A stretch of DNA of 64,000 nt. It comes from an uncultured Dehalococcoidia bacterium (lineage in GTDB: Bacteria; Chloroflexota; Dehalococcoidia; Lucifugimonadales; CAZEDC01). Shown piece after piece: positions 35,660 through 44,691 of this stretch. The translations under genes and the position numbers were made by a program. Under the pieces are notes generated by a model. That model saw nothing but the letters and a program-made list of their open reading frames with translations. It searched no databases and had not been told where the DNA came from. The stretch is taken from assembly GCA_964510985.1 (NCBI GenBank), contig CAZEDC010000116.1, positions 1,800 through 65,799 of the forward strand, read 5' to 3'. The stretch's first letter is position 1. Every line of letters starts with the position of its first letter.

Positions 35660-35989
35660 CTAGCTCGCGGTGGACTGTCCGACGTCCACGGTTCCTGGCA
35701 CGGGCGGGTTTACCGTCAGTGCATCGAGCAGATCGGAGACGACGATGTCCTGCTTCGTGTGGTGCCGCAGCGGCAGGTTGGGATCGACACGGTAGACGTT
35801 TCTGCGCCCGCTCTTGCGTCGCTCGATAAATCCCGCAGATTCCAGGTCAGAGATGATCTTATGGGTCGTTCGCTCGGTCACTCCGATGTAGTTGGAGATC
35901 TCCCGGGCCGTGCTCTTTGGAAAGTGAAATATATAGCTCAGGACCAGGCCGTGGTTGGTGATAAAAGTCCATCGTGGATTGGTGGTCAA
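35660..35989 (-). CDS. winged helix-turn-helix transcriptional regulator
   Basis: 109-aa ORF. STAREISNYIGVTERTTHKIISDLESAGFIERRKSGRRNVY has an HTH-plus-wing pattern. Confidence 0.65.
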   Translation of the reverse strand: MTTNPRWTFITNHGLVLSYIFHFPKSTAREISNYIGVTERTTHKIISDLESAGFIERRKSGRRNVYRVDPNLPLRHHTKQDIVVSDLLDALTVNPPVPGTVDVGQSTAS

Positions 35990-36159
35990 GTGAATTGGTC
36001 CCTGTCTTAAATTGCCTGAATCCTACCACACGTCGCGGTCCGAATCAAACGGCCGGACCCGGTATCGTTCCACCCTGGGCTACGGGGACGAGACCTGGTG
36101 TGGTGTCCCTGATGTCCGCCTCCAATGACGATCCGCAAGTATATTTCAGAGACGGAGCA

Positions 36160-37695
36160 CTAGGACCTGGCCAGTTCCTGGGCCAGTGCCACCAGGGTCC
36201 TGACGGGGACTCCGGTGGCGCCTTTGGGATTGTAGCCTTTGGTCCGGTCGGCGCCGGCGGTCCCGGCGATGTCCAGGTGCACCCAGGAGGCGTCTCCCAC
36301 GAACTCGCCGATAATCATTGCACCGGTGATGGCGCCGGCTGGCCGGCCGCCGGTGTTCTTGATGTCGGCCACGTCGCTCCTGTACTGCTCCTTATACTCG
36401 GCGTAGGTTGGCAGCTCCCAAACCCGCTCTCCGACCCGGTTGCCGGCGGCGACGACCTTTTCGGTGAAGGCCTGGTCGCTTCCGAAGGCGCCGGTGCAGA
36501 TGTTGCCCAGGGCGGTAACGACGGCCCCCGTCAGAGTTGCCACGTCCACCATGCGTTTCACGCCGATGGAGGCGGCGTAGGCTGCGGCGTCGGCCAGCAC
36601 CAGCCGGCCCTCGGCGTCGGTGTTGTCGATCTCGATGGTTTTTCCGTTCAGAGCGCGTACCACGTCGCCCGGCCGCTGGGCCCGACCGCCGGACATGTTC
36701 TCGGCGGCCGGCACGATACCAACAACGTTTATCCTGGGCTTCAGCTTGCCGATGGCCCTCATGGCCGATATAACCGACGCGCCGCCGGACATGTCCCCTT
36801 TCATGGTCCGCATACCCCCGGCGGTTTTGATGTCCAGCCCCCCGCTATCGAAGGTGATGCCCTTGCCCAGCAGCCCGAGAATATTACCCTCGTTTTCCGG
36901 GTCCCCCCGGTATCGCATCACGATGAACTTGGGCGGTTCATCGCTTCCCTGGGCCACTCCCAGTAGGGCGCCCATTCCCAACTCCTCCATCTTCGGCCTT
37001 TCGAAGACCTCTATCGCTAGGCCGCTCGCCGTGGCGGCCTCCAGGGCCATCTCGGCCATCCGGGTCGGCGTCATGTGGTTGGCCGGCTCGTTGGCCATGT
37101 CGCGGCAAAAACTGACGGCGTCGGCTATGACGGTCCCCTGGGCAACCGCCTTCTCCATCGCCGCAACCTTGCCGGCGTCGGACTCGACTATCGCGAGGGT
37201 ATTGATGTCGCGACGATCACTGTTCTTCCCCTTGTGTCGATCGAACCGGTAGAGACCGAGGATAGCCCCCTCGGCGACGGCTTTTGCCGACTCGCCGGCG
37301 TCCATCCCTCCGATTCCCGCGCCGTGGGCGATGGTTGCCACCGTCTCGACACCGGCCCTCCGAAGGCGGCGGCAGCTCTCGGCTGTCACCGAACGGACAC
37401 CATCGACTGTGAACTCCGATGCTTTTCCCAGACCGGCCACCAGCACTCGGGCCGGGGCGATTTTGCCAAGGGTGTGCACCAGGATTAATTCGCCCCGTTT
37501 GCCCTTGATTTCTCCGTCCGATATGAGCCCGGAGATAGCGCCTTCCAGAGAGCGGTCCACGGCCCCGGTCGCTCCTCCCGGTGACGTCACACCCTCGAAG
37601 AGGTTGACGATTATCGCGCCGACGGACTGTTCGGTTATATCGCCCGAAACCACCTTGATGTCCACGGTCCCTCCTCGAGTCGTGCGTTGGGTCAA
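36160..37695 (-). CDS. pepA: leucyl aminopeptidase (M17)
   Basis: 511-aa ORF with the NTDAEGRLVLAD signature and a GKGITFDSGG motif. Confidence 0.9.
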   Translation of the reverse strand: MTQRTTRGGTVDIKVVSGDITEQSVGAIIVNLFEGVTSPGGATGAVDRSLEGAISGLISDGEIKGKRGELILVHTLGKIAPARVLVAGLGKASEFTVDGVRSVTAESCRRLRRAGVETVATIAHGAGIGGMDAGESAKAVAEGAILGLYRFDRHKGKNSDRRDINTLAIVESDAGKVAAMEKAVAQGTVIADAVSFCRDMANEPANHMTPTRMAEMALEAATASGLAIEVFERPKMEELGMGALLGVAQGSDEPPKFIVMRYRGDPENEGNILGLLGKGITFDSGGLDIKTAGGMRTMKGDMSGGASVISAMRAIGKLKPRINVVGIVPAAENMSGGRAQRPGDVVRALNGKTIEIDNTDAEGRLVLADAAAYAASIGVKRMVDVATLTGAVVTALGNICTGAFGSDQAFTEKVVAAGNRVGERVWELPTYAEYKEQYRSDVADIKNTGGRPAGAITGAMIIGEFVGDASWVHLDIAGTAGADRTKGYNPKGATGVPVRTLVALAQELARS

Positions 37696-37915
37696 ATAAT
37701 CAGATGCCGGCCGTGGCTGCGCCTCGATTCCGCCACCGGTCGGCGACCCTAATTATAAGGCAACGGGCCATCCTTCGCCACGTATTTTCCCGTATCTCCC
37801 GCGCACGAGCTTTCGGGTTTTCCCACTCGGCCACGTTCCAGGCGCGTCTCCAGCCGTGGCACCCAGTAGGTTCCCATATCAACGGTTTTTACGCATGGCG
37901 GAGCGACAGAATCAT

Positions 37916-37924
37916 TGCTATAAT
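37916..37924 (+). promoter_or_regulatory. extended -10 promoter element (TGCTATAAT)
   Basis: TGcTATAAT lies about 95 nt upstream of the GTG start at 38018. Confidence 0.4.
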
Positions 37925-38017
37925 CGCGCCGATGGGGCCGGTTGTCAGCACATTTCGAGACCCGGTGCCATGATTTTCCGCGACGGATTTTGGAAATCAG
38001 CAATTTAGGAGGGCACA

Positions 38018-39304
38018 GTGCCTGAGAGAAAGAAAACGGAACAGGAGCAGGCCCTGATCGAGAAGGCCTACCGGGTCCTGCCGGGCGGAAACCTGGGGAA
38101 TTTGGGGTCCGACATAATCATTCAGGAGGGCAAGGGCGGCCGGATCTGGGATGTCAGCGGCAACGAGTACGTTGACTACCTGCTGGGCTCCGGGCCTATG
38201 CTGATCGGCCACTCACATCCCGATGTGCTCGCCGCCGTCCGGGACCAGCTTGAGCGGGGCACGACATTCTTCGCGGGCAACGAGAACGCTATTCTGCTGG
38301 CCGAGGAGATCGTGAACGCGGTGCCGTGCGCAGAGAAGGTCAGGTTCAGCAGCAGCGGGACGGAGGCTACTCTCTACGCCATGCGGGCGGCCAGGGCCTA
38401 CCGGAAGCGGGACAAGATCCTGAAGTTCGAGGGCGGGTTTCACGGGATGAATGACTACGCCCTGATGAGCATGGGGCCCGCCCAGCCCCGCGACTTCCCG
38501 CATCCGGTGCCCGACTCGGCCGGCATACCCAAGGCGATCGAAGGCGAGATGCTGATCGCCCCGTTCAACGACATCGAGACCACGTCGGACATCATACAGC
38601 GGTACCACGAAGAGCTGGCCGGGGTGATCGTCGAGCCGTTCCAGCGGCTGATCCCTCCCGTTCCCGGATTCCTCCAGGGGCTTCGAGACGTGACCGAGCA
38701 GTACGAGATACCGCTGATATTCGACGAGGTGGTCACTGGTTTTCGCCTCGCCTATGGCGGAGCCCAGGAGTACTACGGAGTGACGCCGGACCTTTGCACG
38801 CTGGGTAAGGCCTGCGCCGGAGGCTTCCCGCTGACTGCGGTGGCCGGCCGCCAGGAGCTGATGGCCGGTTTCGAGGGCGACGCGGCGGCCAGCGGCGGTT
38901 TCATGCCACAGATCGGTACGCTGAGCGGCAATCCCGTGGCCGCCGCCGCCGGGTTGGCCACCCTCGAGGTGCTCAGGCGCGAGGGCACCTACGAGCGACT
39001 GTTCGCCACCGGCCAGCGGATCAAGGATGCGCTGGAGCGCCTGTTCAAGGAAGCGGAGATCCCGGTCCAGGTCGTGGGAGACGCCCCGCTATTCGACGTT
39101 TACTTCACCGAGGCGGAGGTCACGGACTACCGCTCTTCGCTCAGCGGCGACAAGAAGATCCTGGCCCGATTCAACAGGCTGTTGCTGGAGAGGGGAATCT
39201 TCAAGGGAGACACCAAGTATTACATTTCTACGGCCCACACGGCCGGGGATGTGGACCAGACCATCGAGGCCTTCGCCGGAGCTATCGACGAGCTGCGAGG
39301 ATAG
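38018..39304 (+). CDS. class-III (GSA-aminomutase-like) PLP-dependent aminotransferase, second paralog
   Basis: 428-aa ORF with FDEVVTGFRLAYGG and LGKACAGGFP motifs. AGGAGGG precedes the GTG start. Confidence 0.85.
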   Translation: MPERKKTEQEQALIEKAYRVLPGGNLGNLGSDIIIQEGKGGRIWDVSGNEYVDYLLGSGPMLIGHSHPDVLAAVRDQLERGTTFFAGNENAILLAEEIVNAVPCAEKVRFSSSGTEATLYAMRAARAYRKRDKILKFEGGFHGMNDYALMSMGPAQPRDFPHPVPDSAGIPKAIEGEMLIAPFNDIETTSDIIQRYHEELAGVIVEPFQRLIPPVPGFLQGLRDVTEQYEIPLIFDEVVTGFRLAYGGAQEYYGVTPDLCTLGKACAGGFPLTAVAGRQELMAGFEGDAAASGGFMPQIGTLSGNPVAAAAGLATLEVLRREGTYERLFATGQRIKDALERLFKEAEIPVQVVGDAPLFDVYFTEAEVTDYRSSLSGDKKILARFNRLLLERGIFKGDTKYYISTAHTAGDVDQTIEAFAGAIDELRG

Positions 39305-39393
39305 ACTTTACAAAGACTCTCCCGGCGTCCGGTGGTAATTTCAGACGCAGGTGGGTGGATTGTTCCTGCCGTGTCGACCGTTGCATCTTCAGA

Positions 39394-39461
39394 GACTATT
39401 TCGAAAAGTGTGGGGCCTTTTTCCCGCCCGCTATCCCCTGAGGGTTACTCTATCCTGGGGA
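39394..39461 (+). repeat. family-1 repeat, degenerate partial copy
   Basis: GACTATTTCGAAAAGTGTGG..CCCGCCCGCTATCCCCTGAGGGTTACTCTATCCTGGGGA parallels the 5' half of the family. Confidence 0.5.
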
Positions 39462-39716
39462 TTTTTGAGACGATTTCTTGAGTCGAGAGGGTTTTTCTTC
39501 AGACCAGAAATTCCTACATTCGTTGGGGCTCAAGGTTCGGTACCAGTGGTGATTCGTTTCCCCCAGCCTTGTGGTCTGGTCGGACTCGTTCCGGACTGCG
39601 CGTAAGGTACTACGTGAACAGTAAACAGGTACTATACTTCTGGTACCTTTATTTCAATCATTGTAGGTGTCCTGACACGATTCGTTGAATATGTCAAAAA
39701 GAGTGGCCTAAACCCC

Positions 39717-39745
39717 TTGACAAAACCTCCGGTTCGAAATATGGT
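39717..39745 (+). promoter_or_regulatory. sigma70-like promoter inside a long noncoding gap
   Basis: TTGACA (39717-39722), a 17-nt spacer, then TATGGT (39740-39745). The next CDS start is about 500 nt downstream. Confidence 0.45.
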
Positions 39746-40248
39746 TCTGCGTGAGAGGTAGGTGGGGACAGGCTCTCAATTCCGGACCGCCCCTGGCAGC
39801 TCAACAGCCCAATATTTGGACCCACTGAGATGCCAATCTGTCCCCGTCATTTCACGGGATGTCCCGGTCGGGGAAACCGGGGCGTTGAGCTCAGGCAGAA
39901 GGCGAATGTGGGGTACAATTCCGTTCCCACAATATGCCTGAACCCTAGATCCGGAACACCGTTATCCGATGTTGGGTCTGCCGTGCAGCCGCGTAGTTCG
40001 CGACACATTTGCACGAGGGCTCATCGGTCAGGGTAGGTCGCAGGCGCCTGGCGGAGCCGACTCCGCAGGTCCACCCAGACTCGAAAAGGTGCTCGGGAAG
40101 ACGGTCCGGTTATCGAGGCCTACGCTGTCCCATGGGCCATGCAAGAACAATCGTCTCTAGAGATATCCGACCGGCTTTCCACTTCAATCGGGACCCGGAC
40201 CCGGAGACCATCATGAGGACGACATAATCAAATCTAGAGGTATATGTC

Positions 40249-41085
40249 GTGAATCTTGGCACTACTTCAGTCAATATTGTCAGCGATGGGACCTATCTAC
40301 TCGATGGGGGTAGCGTGTTCGGCCGGATTCCCAAAGCCCAGTGGGAACCCCAGGTCAAACCGGACCGAAGGAATCGGATACGGCTGGGCCTGAACTGCCT
40401 GGTCATCCAGACACCGGAAATCAACATCCTGGTCGACACGGGAGCGGGGTCCAAACGGCCCGACAAGTTCAAGGAGATGTACGGTCTGAACGGCAATAAG
40501 CTCCTTAAGAACCTCCGGGGCCTGGACCTGACCGCCAGGGACATTGACCTGGTCATACTGAGTCACCTGGGATTCGACCATGGCGGCGGCTCGACAAAGC
40601 TGGACCGGACCGGAAACGCCGTACCCACCTTTCCCAAGGCCACCTACATGGTCCAAAGAGCTTGCTGGGACGAGGCCAATCACCCCAACGAACGCAACGA
40701 GGGAACGTTCTACGGTGACGACTTCGTGCCTCTTGAGCAGAAGGGCCTACTCAAGTTCCTCGACGGTGACACCGAGGTGATCCCTGGAGTGACGGTCAAA
40801 GTAGCGAACGGGCCTGCCGAGGGACATCAGATTGTCCTGGTGGAGCGGGGCAGCGAGAAGATCGCCTTCGCCAGCGACCTTATACCGACCGCCTATCACC
40901 TGCCCTTGTCATATATCCCGGCGCTGGACGAGAGCCCTGGCAGCACTCTGGACCAGAAGCGAGACCTGCTGAACATGGTCGTTCAGAACGGCTGGCTGGT
41001 GATTTTTGGGCATGGCCACGAACACAGCGCCGGATACGTGCAGGCTCGAAACGGCAAACCTCAGCTCCTCCCGGTGGAATTCTAG
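40249..41085 (+). CDS. MBL-fold metallo-hydrolase (variant HLGFDH motif)
   Basis: 278-aa ORF with beta-lactamase-fold layout. Motif 2 reads SHLGFDHGG, with Gly in place of the second His. GTG start. Confidence 0.75.
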   Translation: MNLGTTSVNIVSDGTYLLDGGSVFGRIPKAQWEPQVKPDRRNRIRLGLNCLVIQTPEINILVDTGAGSKRPDKFKEMYGLNGNKLLKNLRGLDLTARDIDLVILSHLGFDHGGGSTKLDRTGNAVPTFPKATYMVQRACWDEANHPNERNEGTFYGDDFVPLEQKGLLKFLDGDTEVIPGVTVKVANGPAEGHQIVLVERGSEKIAFASDLIPTAYHLPLSYIPALDESPGSTLDQKRDLLNMVVQNGWLVIFGHGHEHSAGYVQARNGKPQLLPVEF

Positions 41086-41221
41086 GCCTGGGGTTCAACC
41101 CCCGCGGTCTTGCCCTGGACTCCAAGGCTTCCAGCCGGCGCAGGCTATGTCATTACGCCCCGCTCCGGTTGACTGGCCCGAAATGTCTGGATAGCCGGGC
41201 GTCCACCGGCCTATTGCCCAC

Positions 41222-42571
41222 CTACCCTCTCGTGTGCGCAGTCGGACCCTCGATGACCTGTGCGTACACCGAACCGTCCTGCAGGGTGGATAACCTGGCC
41301 GGGGTTATCCGGCCGGTCAAAGATGTGTGGCTGTGCCCCAGCACTCTGATGTAGTTGTCCGTTAGGCCGGACCACAGGCCTGAGCCGCCGTTCTCCCTGA
41401 CCTCTTCCCAGAGCACGGGCCGTACTTTCCCCAGGAAACGTGTCTTAAAACCAGCGGCCTGGTCTTTCGACAGATCGAGCATCGCTTGCATTCTGGTCGT
41501 CTTGACCTCCGGGGCCACTCTCCCGTCCAGGTGCGCCGCTCCGGTGCCTGGGCGCACCGAATATGGGAATACGTGCACGCCGACGAACCCGGTCCGCCGG
41601 CATAGATCGTAAGTCTGCTGGAATTCCTCGTCCGTCTCTCCGGGAAACCCGACGATCACGTCGGCGGTGATAGAGACATCGGGGACGTTTTGCCGAACGA
41701 CACCGACCGTTTCAGTGTAGAGGGCCCCGGTGTACCTCCGCCGCATGCGGCTCAGGACCCTGTCGCTGCCGCTTTGGAGCGGGAGGTGAAAATGGGGACA
41801 CAGCCTCGAGTCCTCCCACAGTCCCAGCAACTGCGGGCCGATCTCCTGAGGCTGGAGAGATGAGACCCTGACCCGTGGGACGTTTGTCTCCGACAGGACT
41901 CTTTCCAGCAGACGGGCAAGAGTCATTTCCGGCAGGTCAAACCCATAGGAGCCCAGCTGGGTACCGGTGAGGACTACCTCGTTGTAGCCTCGGTCGAAAT
42001 ATCCGTTGATCTCGTCGATGATACGCTGAGGCGGTATACTGCGCTCCCTGCCTCTGACCTTGGGAACGATGCAGTAGGCGCACACCTGGTCGCAGCCCTC
42101 CTGGATCTTGACCATGGCCCGAGTCCTGGCGACACGGGGGCTGAAAGCGTCGCTCTCGGCGCCAACCGCGCATGGTACCGGGGCCTGGCCCCTCCATTCG
42201 AGGACCTGCCGGACCAGGGTCTCCTTGCCGGTGTTGCCGACCACCAGGTCGATCTCTTGCATGGCCTCGAGATCTTGAGGCGACCTTTGAGGGTAGCAAC
42301 CCGTGGCGACGATGGTGGCGTCGGGGTTACGCCGCCGAAGGGCCCTGAGCGCCTGGCGCGCCTTGCGGTCCGCTATATGCGTAACCGTGCACGTATTGAG
42401 GACGTGGACATCGGCGCTTTCGGCGGGGGGCACGACGCGAAACCCGGCCTCGGCAAACCTCCAACTCAGGACGCTGGAGTCGGCCTGGTTTAGCTTGCAG
42501 CCTTGGGTCTCTATCGCGACGGTCGGCGCGTCAGCCGGGCTTGTTTCCGAGGTCAATGGAACAGCTCGCAT
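41222..42571 (-). CDS. mtaB: radical-SAM tRNA methylthiotransferase, MtaB-like (MiaB/RimO family)
   Basis: 449-aa ORF. N-terminal UPF0004 domain (IETQGCKLNQADS), a CDQVCAYC radical-SAM cluster and a TRAM-like C-terminus. Confidence 0.75.
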   Translation of the reverse strand: MRAVPLTSETSPADAPTVAIETQGCKLNQADSSVLSWRFAEAGFRVVPPAESADVHVLNTCTVTHIADRKARQALRALRRRNPDATIVATGCYPQRSPQDLEAMQEIDLVVGNTGKETLVRQVLEWRGQAPVPCAVGAESDAFSPRVARTRAMVKIQEGCDQVCAYCIVPKVRGRERSIPPQRIIDEINGYFDRGYNEVVLTGTQLGSYGFDLPEMTLARLLERVLSETNVPRVRVSSLQPQEIGPQLLGLWEDSRLCPHFHLPLQSGSDRVLSRMRRRYTGALYTETVGVVRQNVPDVSITADVIVGFPGETDEEFQQTYDLCRRTGFVGVHVFPYSVRPGTGAAHLDGRVAPEVKTTRMQAMLDLSKDQAAGFKTRFLGKVRPVLWEEVRENGGSGLWSGLTDNYIRVLGHSHTSLTGRITPARLSTLQDGSVYAQVIEGPTAHTRG

Positions 42572-42730
42572 CGGGGGTATTCCGGTTTGGTATTATAGGC
42601 GCGCCCGGCGACCAGGGTCAACGCGGCCGGATACCCTCTGGGCGGCTGGAACTGAATGCGGTCCAGGCGCATCTAAGGAGATAGCGCCCGCCGGACCAGA
42701 CGGCCCAACGGCTATTCGAACGGAGGAAAG

Positions 42731-43945
42731 ATGACGATGCCCGAAGCCAAGATCACCGTATACGGAGCACCCTGGTGTCCCGACTGCCGTCAATCAAAGC
42801 AGTTCCTGGGGGAGCAGCGCGTTCCCTTCCATTGGGTTGACATAGACCAGGATGAAGAGGGAAGAAAGTACATGCAGAAGGTCAACAACGGCAAACAGAT
42901 AATCCCGACCATCGTCTTCGAGGACGGCAGCATTCTGGTGGAGCCCACCAATGCGGAGCTGGCCGCGAAACTGGGTATCAGCCCCAAGGCGAAGAGAAGC
43001 TTCTACGACCTGGTGGTGGTGGGATCCGGCCCGGCTGGACTGACAGCCGCCCTATACGCCGCCCGTGAGGGCATTGAGACACTGGTTATCGAGCGCGCCG
43101 GAGTCGGAGGCCAGGCGGGCACAACCGAGCGTATCGACAACTATCCGGGATTCTCGCAGGGGATCGGTGGGGCCGAGTTGGCGGACCGGATGCGGGCCCA
43201 GGTGGAAAGGTTCGGCGTAGAGATCCTGCCGGCCCAGGCTGTGACGGAAATCATGGCCCAGGGCGACTATAAACTGGTCCGAACCGAGGTGGGCGACGAG
43301 TATTGTTCCAGGGCGCTTCTTCTGGCCACCGGCTCACGCTACCGCCGTCTGGGCGTCCCCGGCGAAGAGGACTTCATCGGCGCAGGGATCCACTTCTGTG
43401 CCACCTGCGACGGGCCGTTTTACAAGGGGCAGGAGATGGTGGTGGTGGGCGGAGGCAACAGCGGAGTGGAAGAAGGCCTGTTCCTGACCAAGTTCGCCAG
43501 CAAAGTCACGGTACTGGAGGTCCAGGAGCGGCTGGGCGCCAGCCAGATACTCCAGGAGAAGCTGGCCGGCCATCCGAAGATGGAGGCCCGGTTGCAGACC
43601 ACAGTCCAGGAGTTCAAGGGCAACGGGCATCTGGACTCGGTGGTCGTGAAAGATCTCCGGACCGGCGAAGTGGAGGAACTGACGCCGGGGGCCGTATTCG
43701 TCTTTATAGGACTGGACCCAAACACGCAATTCCTCGAGGGAATGGTCGACCTGGACCGGTGGAAGTTTATCGTCACCGGCGATACCATGGAGACCAGTGT
43801 CAATGGAATTTTCGCCACAGGCGACGTGCGTGCCGGCAGCACCAAGCAGATCACCTCGGCCGCCGGTGAAGGGACGACGGCGGCGCTGATGATCCGGCAG
43901 TACCTGGAGAAGACACAGGGGAGCCGAGGATATAGAGGGGACTGA
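42731..43945 (+). CDS. glutaredoxin/NrdH-like domain fused to thioredoxin-disulfide reductase
   Basis: N-terminal roughly 85 aa contain WCPDC (ITVYGAPWCPDCRQ). This is followed by a TrxR body (VVVGSGPAGLTAA, CATCDG, GGGNSGVEE). Confidence 0.85.
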   Translation: MTMPEAKITVYGAPWCPDCRQSKQFLGEQRVPFHWVDIDQDEEGRKYMQKVNNGKQIIPTIVFEDGSILVEPTNAELAAKLGISPKAKRSFYDLVVVGSGPAGLTAALYAAREGIETLVIERAGVGGQAGTTERIDNYPGFSQGIGGAELADRMRAQVERFGVEILPAQAVTEIMAQGDYKLVRTEVGDEYCSRALLLATGSRYRRLGVPGEEDFIGAGIHFCATCDGPFYKGQEMVVVGGGNSGVEEGLFLTKFASKVTVLEVQERLGASQILQEKLAGHPKMEARLQTTVQEFKGNGHLDSVVVKDLRTGEVEELTPGAVFVFIGLDPNTQFLEGMVDLDRWKFIVTGDTMETSVNGIFATGDVRAGSTKQITSAAGEGTTAALMIRQYLEKTQGSRGYRGD

Positions 43946-44009
43946 TCCTCGCTGTTCTGGTAGACTCACCGAGAGGCGACCACCCAAAAACGGCCCGAAC
44001 GAACCTAGA

Positions 44010-44462
44010 ATGGACTCACCTGTAATAGAAAAAGCCACTGGCGAATCGCTTCCCCAGGTCCTGGCGCTGCTTGAGAAGAGTGGTCTGCCGGAGGCGGGGC
44101 TAGAAGACCACGTGGAAACGCTCCTTGTCGTACGTCAGGCGGGCCGTGTCGTCGGCAGTGCCGGGTTGGAGATGTACGGCGCCACCGCCCTGCTGCGCTC
44201 GGTTGCTACCGCCCCAAACTTACGGGGACAGGGACTGGGAAGAAACCTGACGCGCGCCGCCCTGGACCTTGCGCAGGAGAACGGCGTAAACAAGGTGTAT
44301 CTCTTGACCGAGACGGCCGAAAACTTCTTCAAGCGGTTTGGCTTTGTTCCTATCGAGCGGGGTGTGGTCCCCGATGCCGTGAAGACGTCGGTCGAGTTCA
44401 CCGACGCCTGTCCGGATACGGCGGTGGCGATGGAACTCTCATTGCCTCCAGGACCGGCATAA
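44010..44462 (+). CDS. GNAT family N-acetyltransferase (ArsN2-like)
   Basis: 150-aa ORF with an acetyl-CoA-binding RGQGLGRNL motif. The overall pattern resembles ArsN2 / amino-acid N-acetyltransferase. Confidence 0.7.
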   Translation: MDSPVIEKATGESLPQVLALLEKSGLPEAGLEDHVETLLVVRQAGRVVGSAGLEMYGATALLRSVATAPNLRGQGLGRNLTRAALDLAQENGVNKVYLLTETAENFFKRFGFVPIERGVVPDAVKTSVEFTDACPDTAVAMELSLPPGPA

Positions 44463-44580
44463 CGGGACCCACCGGTCGCGTACCGTTACCGCGCCCCACG
44501 ACTCCGTCACCCTGGTCCACCCCTTATTATTCGGTTGTTGAATTCCGGGTCTTCACACAGTATTTATTTGGAGTCGGCCC

Positions 44581-44589
44581 TGATATAAT
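44581..44589 (+). promoter_or_regulatory. extended -10 promoter element (TGATATAAT) upstream of fabF
   Basis: TGaTATAAT lies about 100 nt upstream of the ATG at 44692. Confidence 0.4.
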
Positions 44590-44691
44590 GCAACGACGTT
44601 TTTCCCCCTCGTACAGCAATTAAGACAGACCTGTCGGGCCAAAGTTTACGCCTGTGGAGACCGGTGCGCCGCTGATGGAGTAACCACACCT

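Noticed and set aside
35974-36966. 330-aa ORF antisense to pepA
   Set aside because: Overlaps the confident M17 aminopeptidase frame. Gly/Pro/Val-rich, with no motifs.
39750-40248. Possible RNase P RNA, TPP riboswitch or cobalamin riboswitch
   Set aside because: - Fragments resemble known motifs: CUGAGA at about 39827, GAACCCUAGAUCCGGAAC at about 39940, and GACGGUCCGGUUAUCG at about 40098.
- The universal cores are absent or wrongly spaced: no GGAAAGUCC P4 strand, no THI-box ACCUGAUCUGGAUAAUGCCAGCG, and no B12 box.
- It is kept only as an unclassified structured-RNA candidate.
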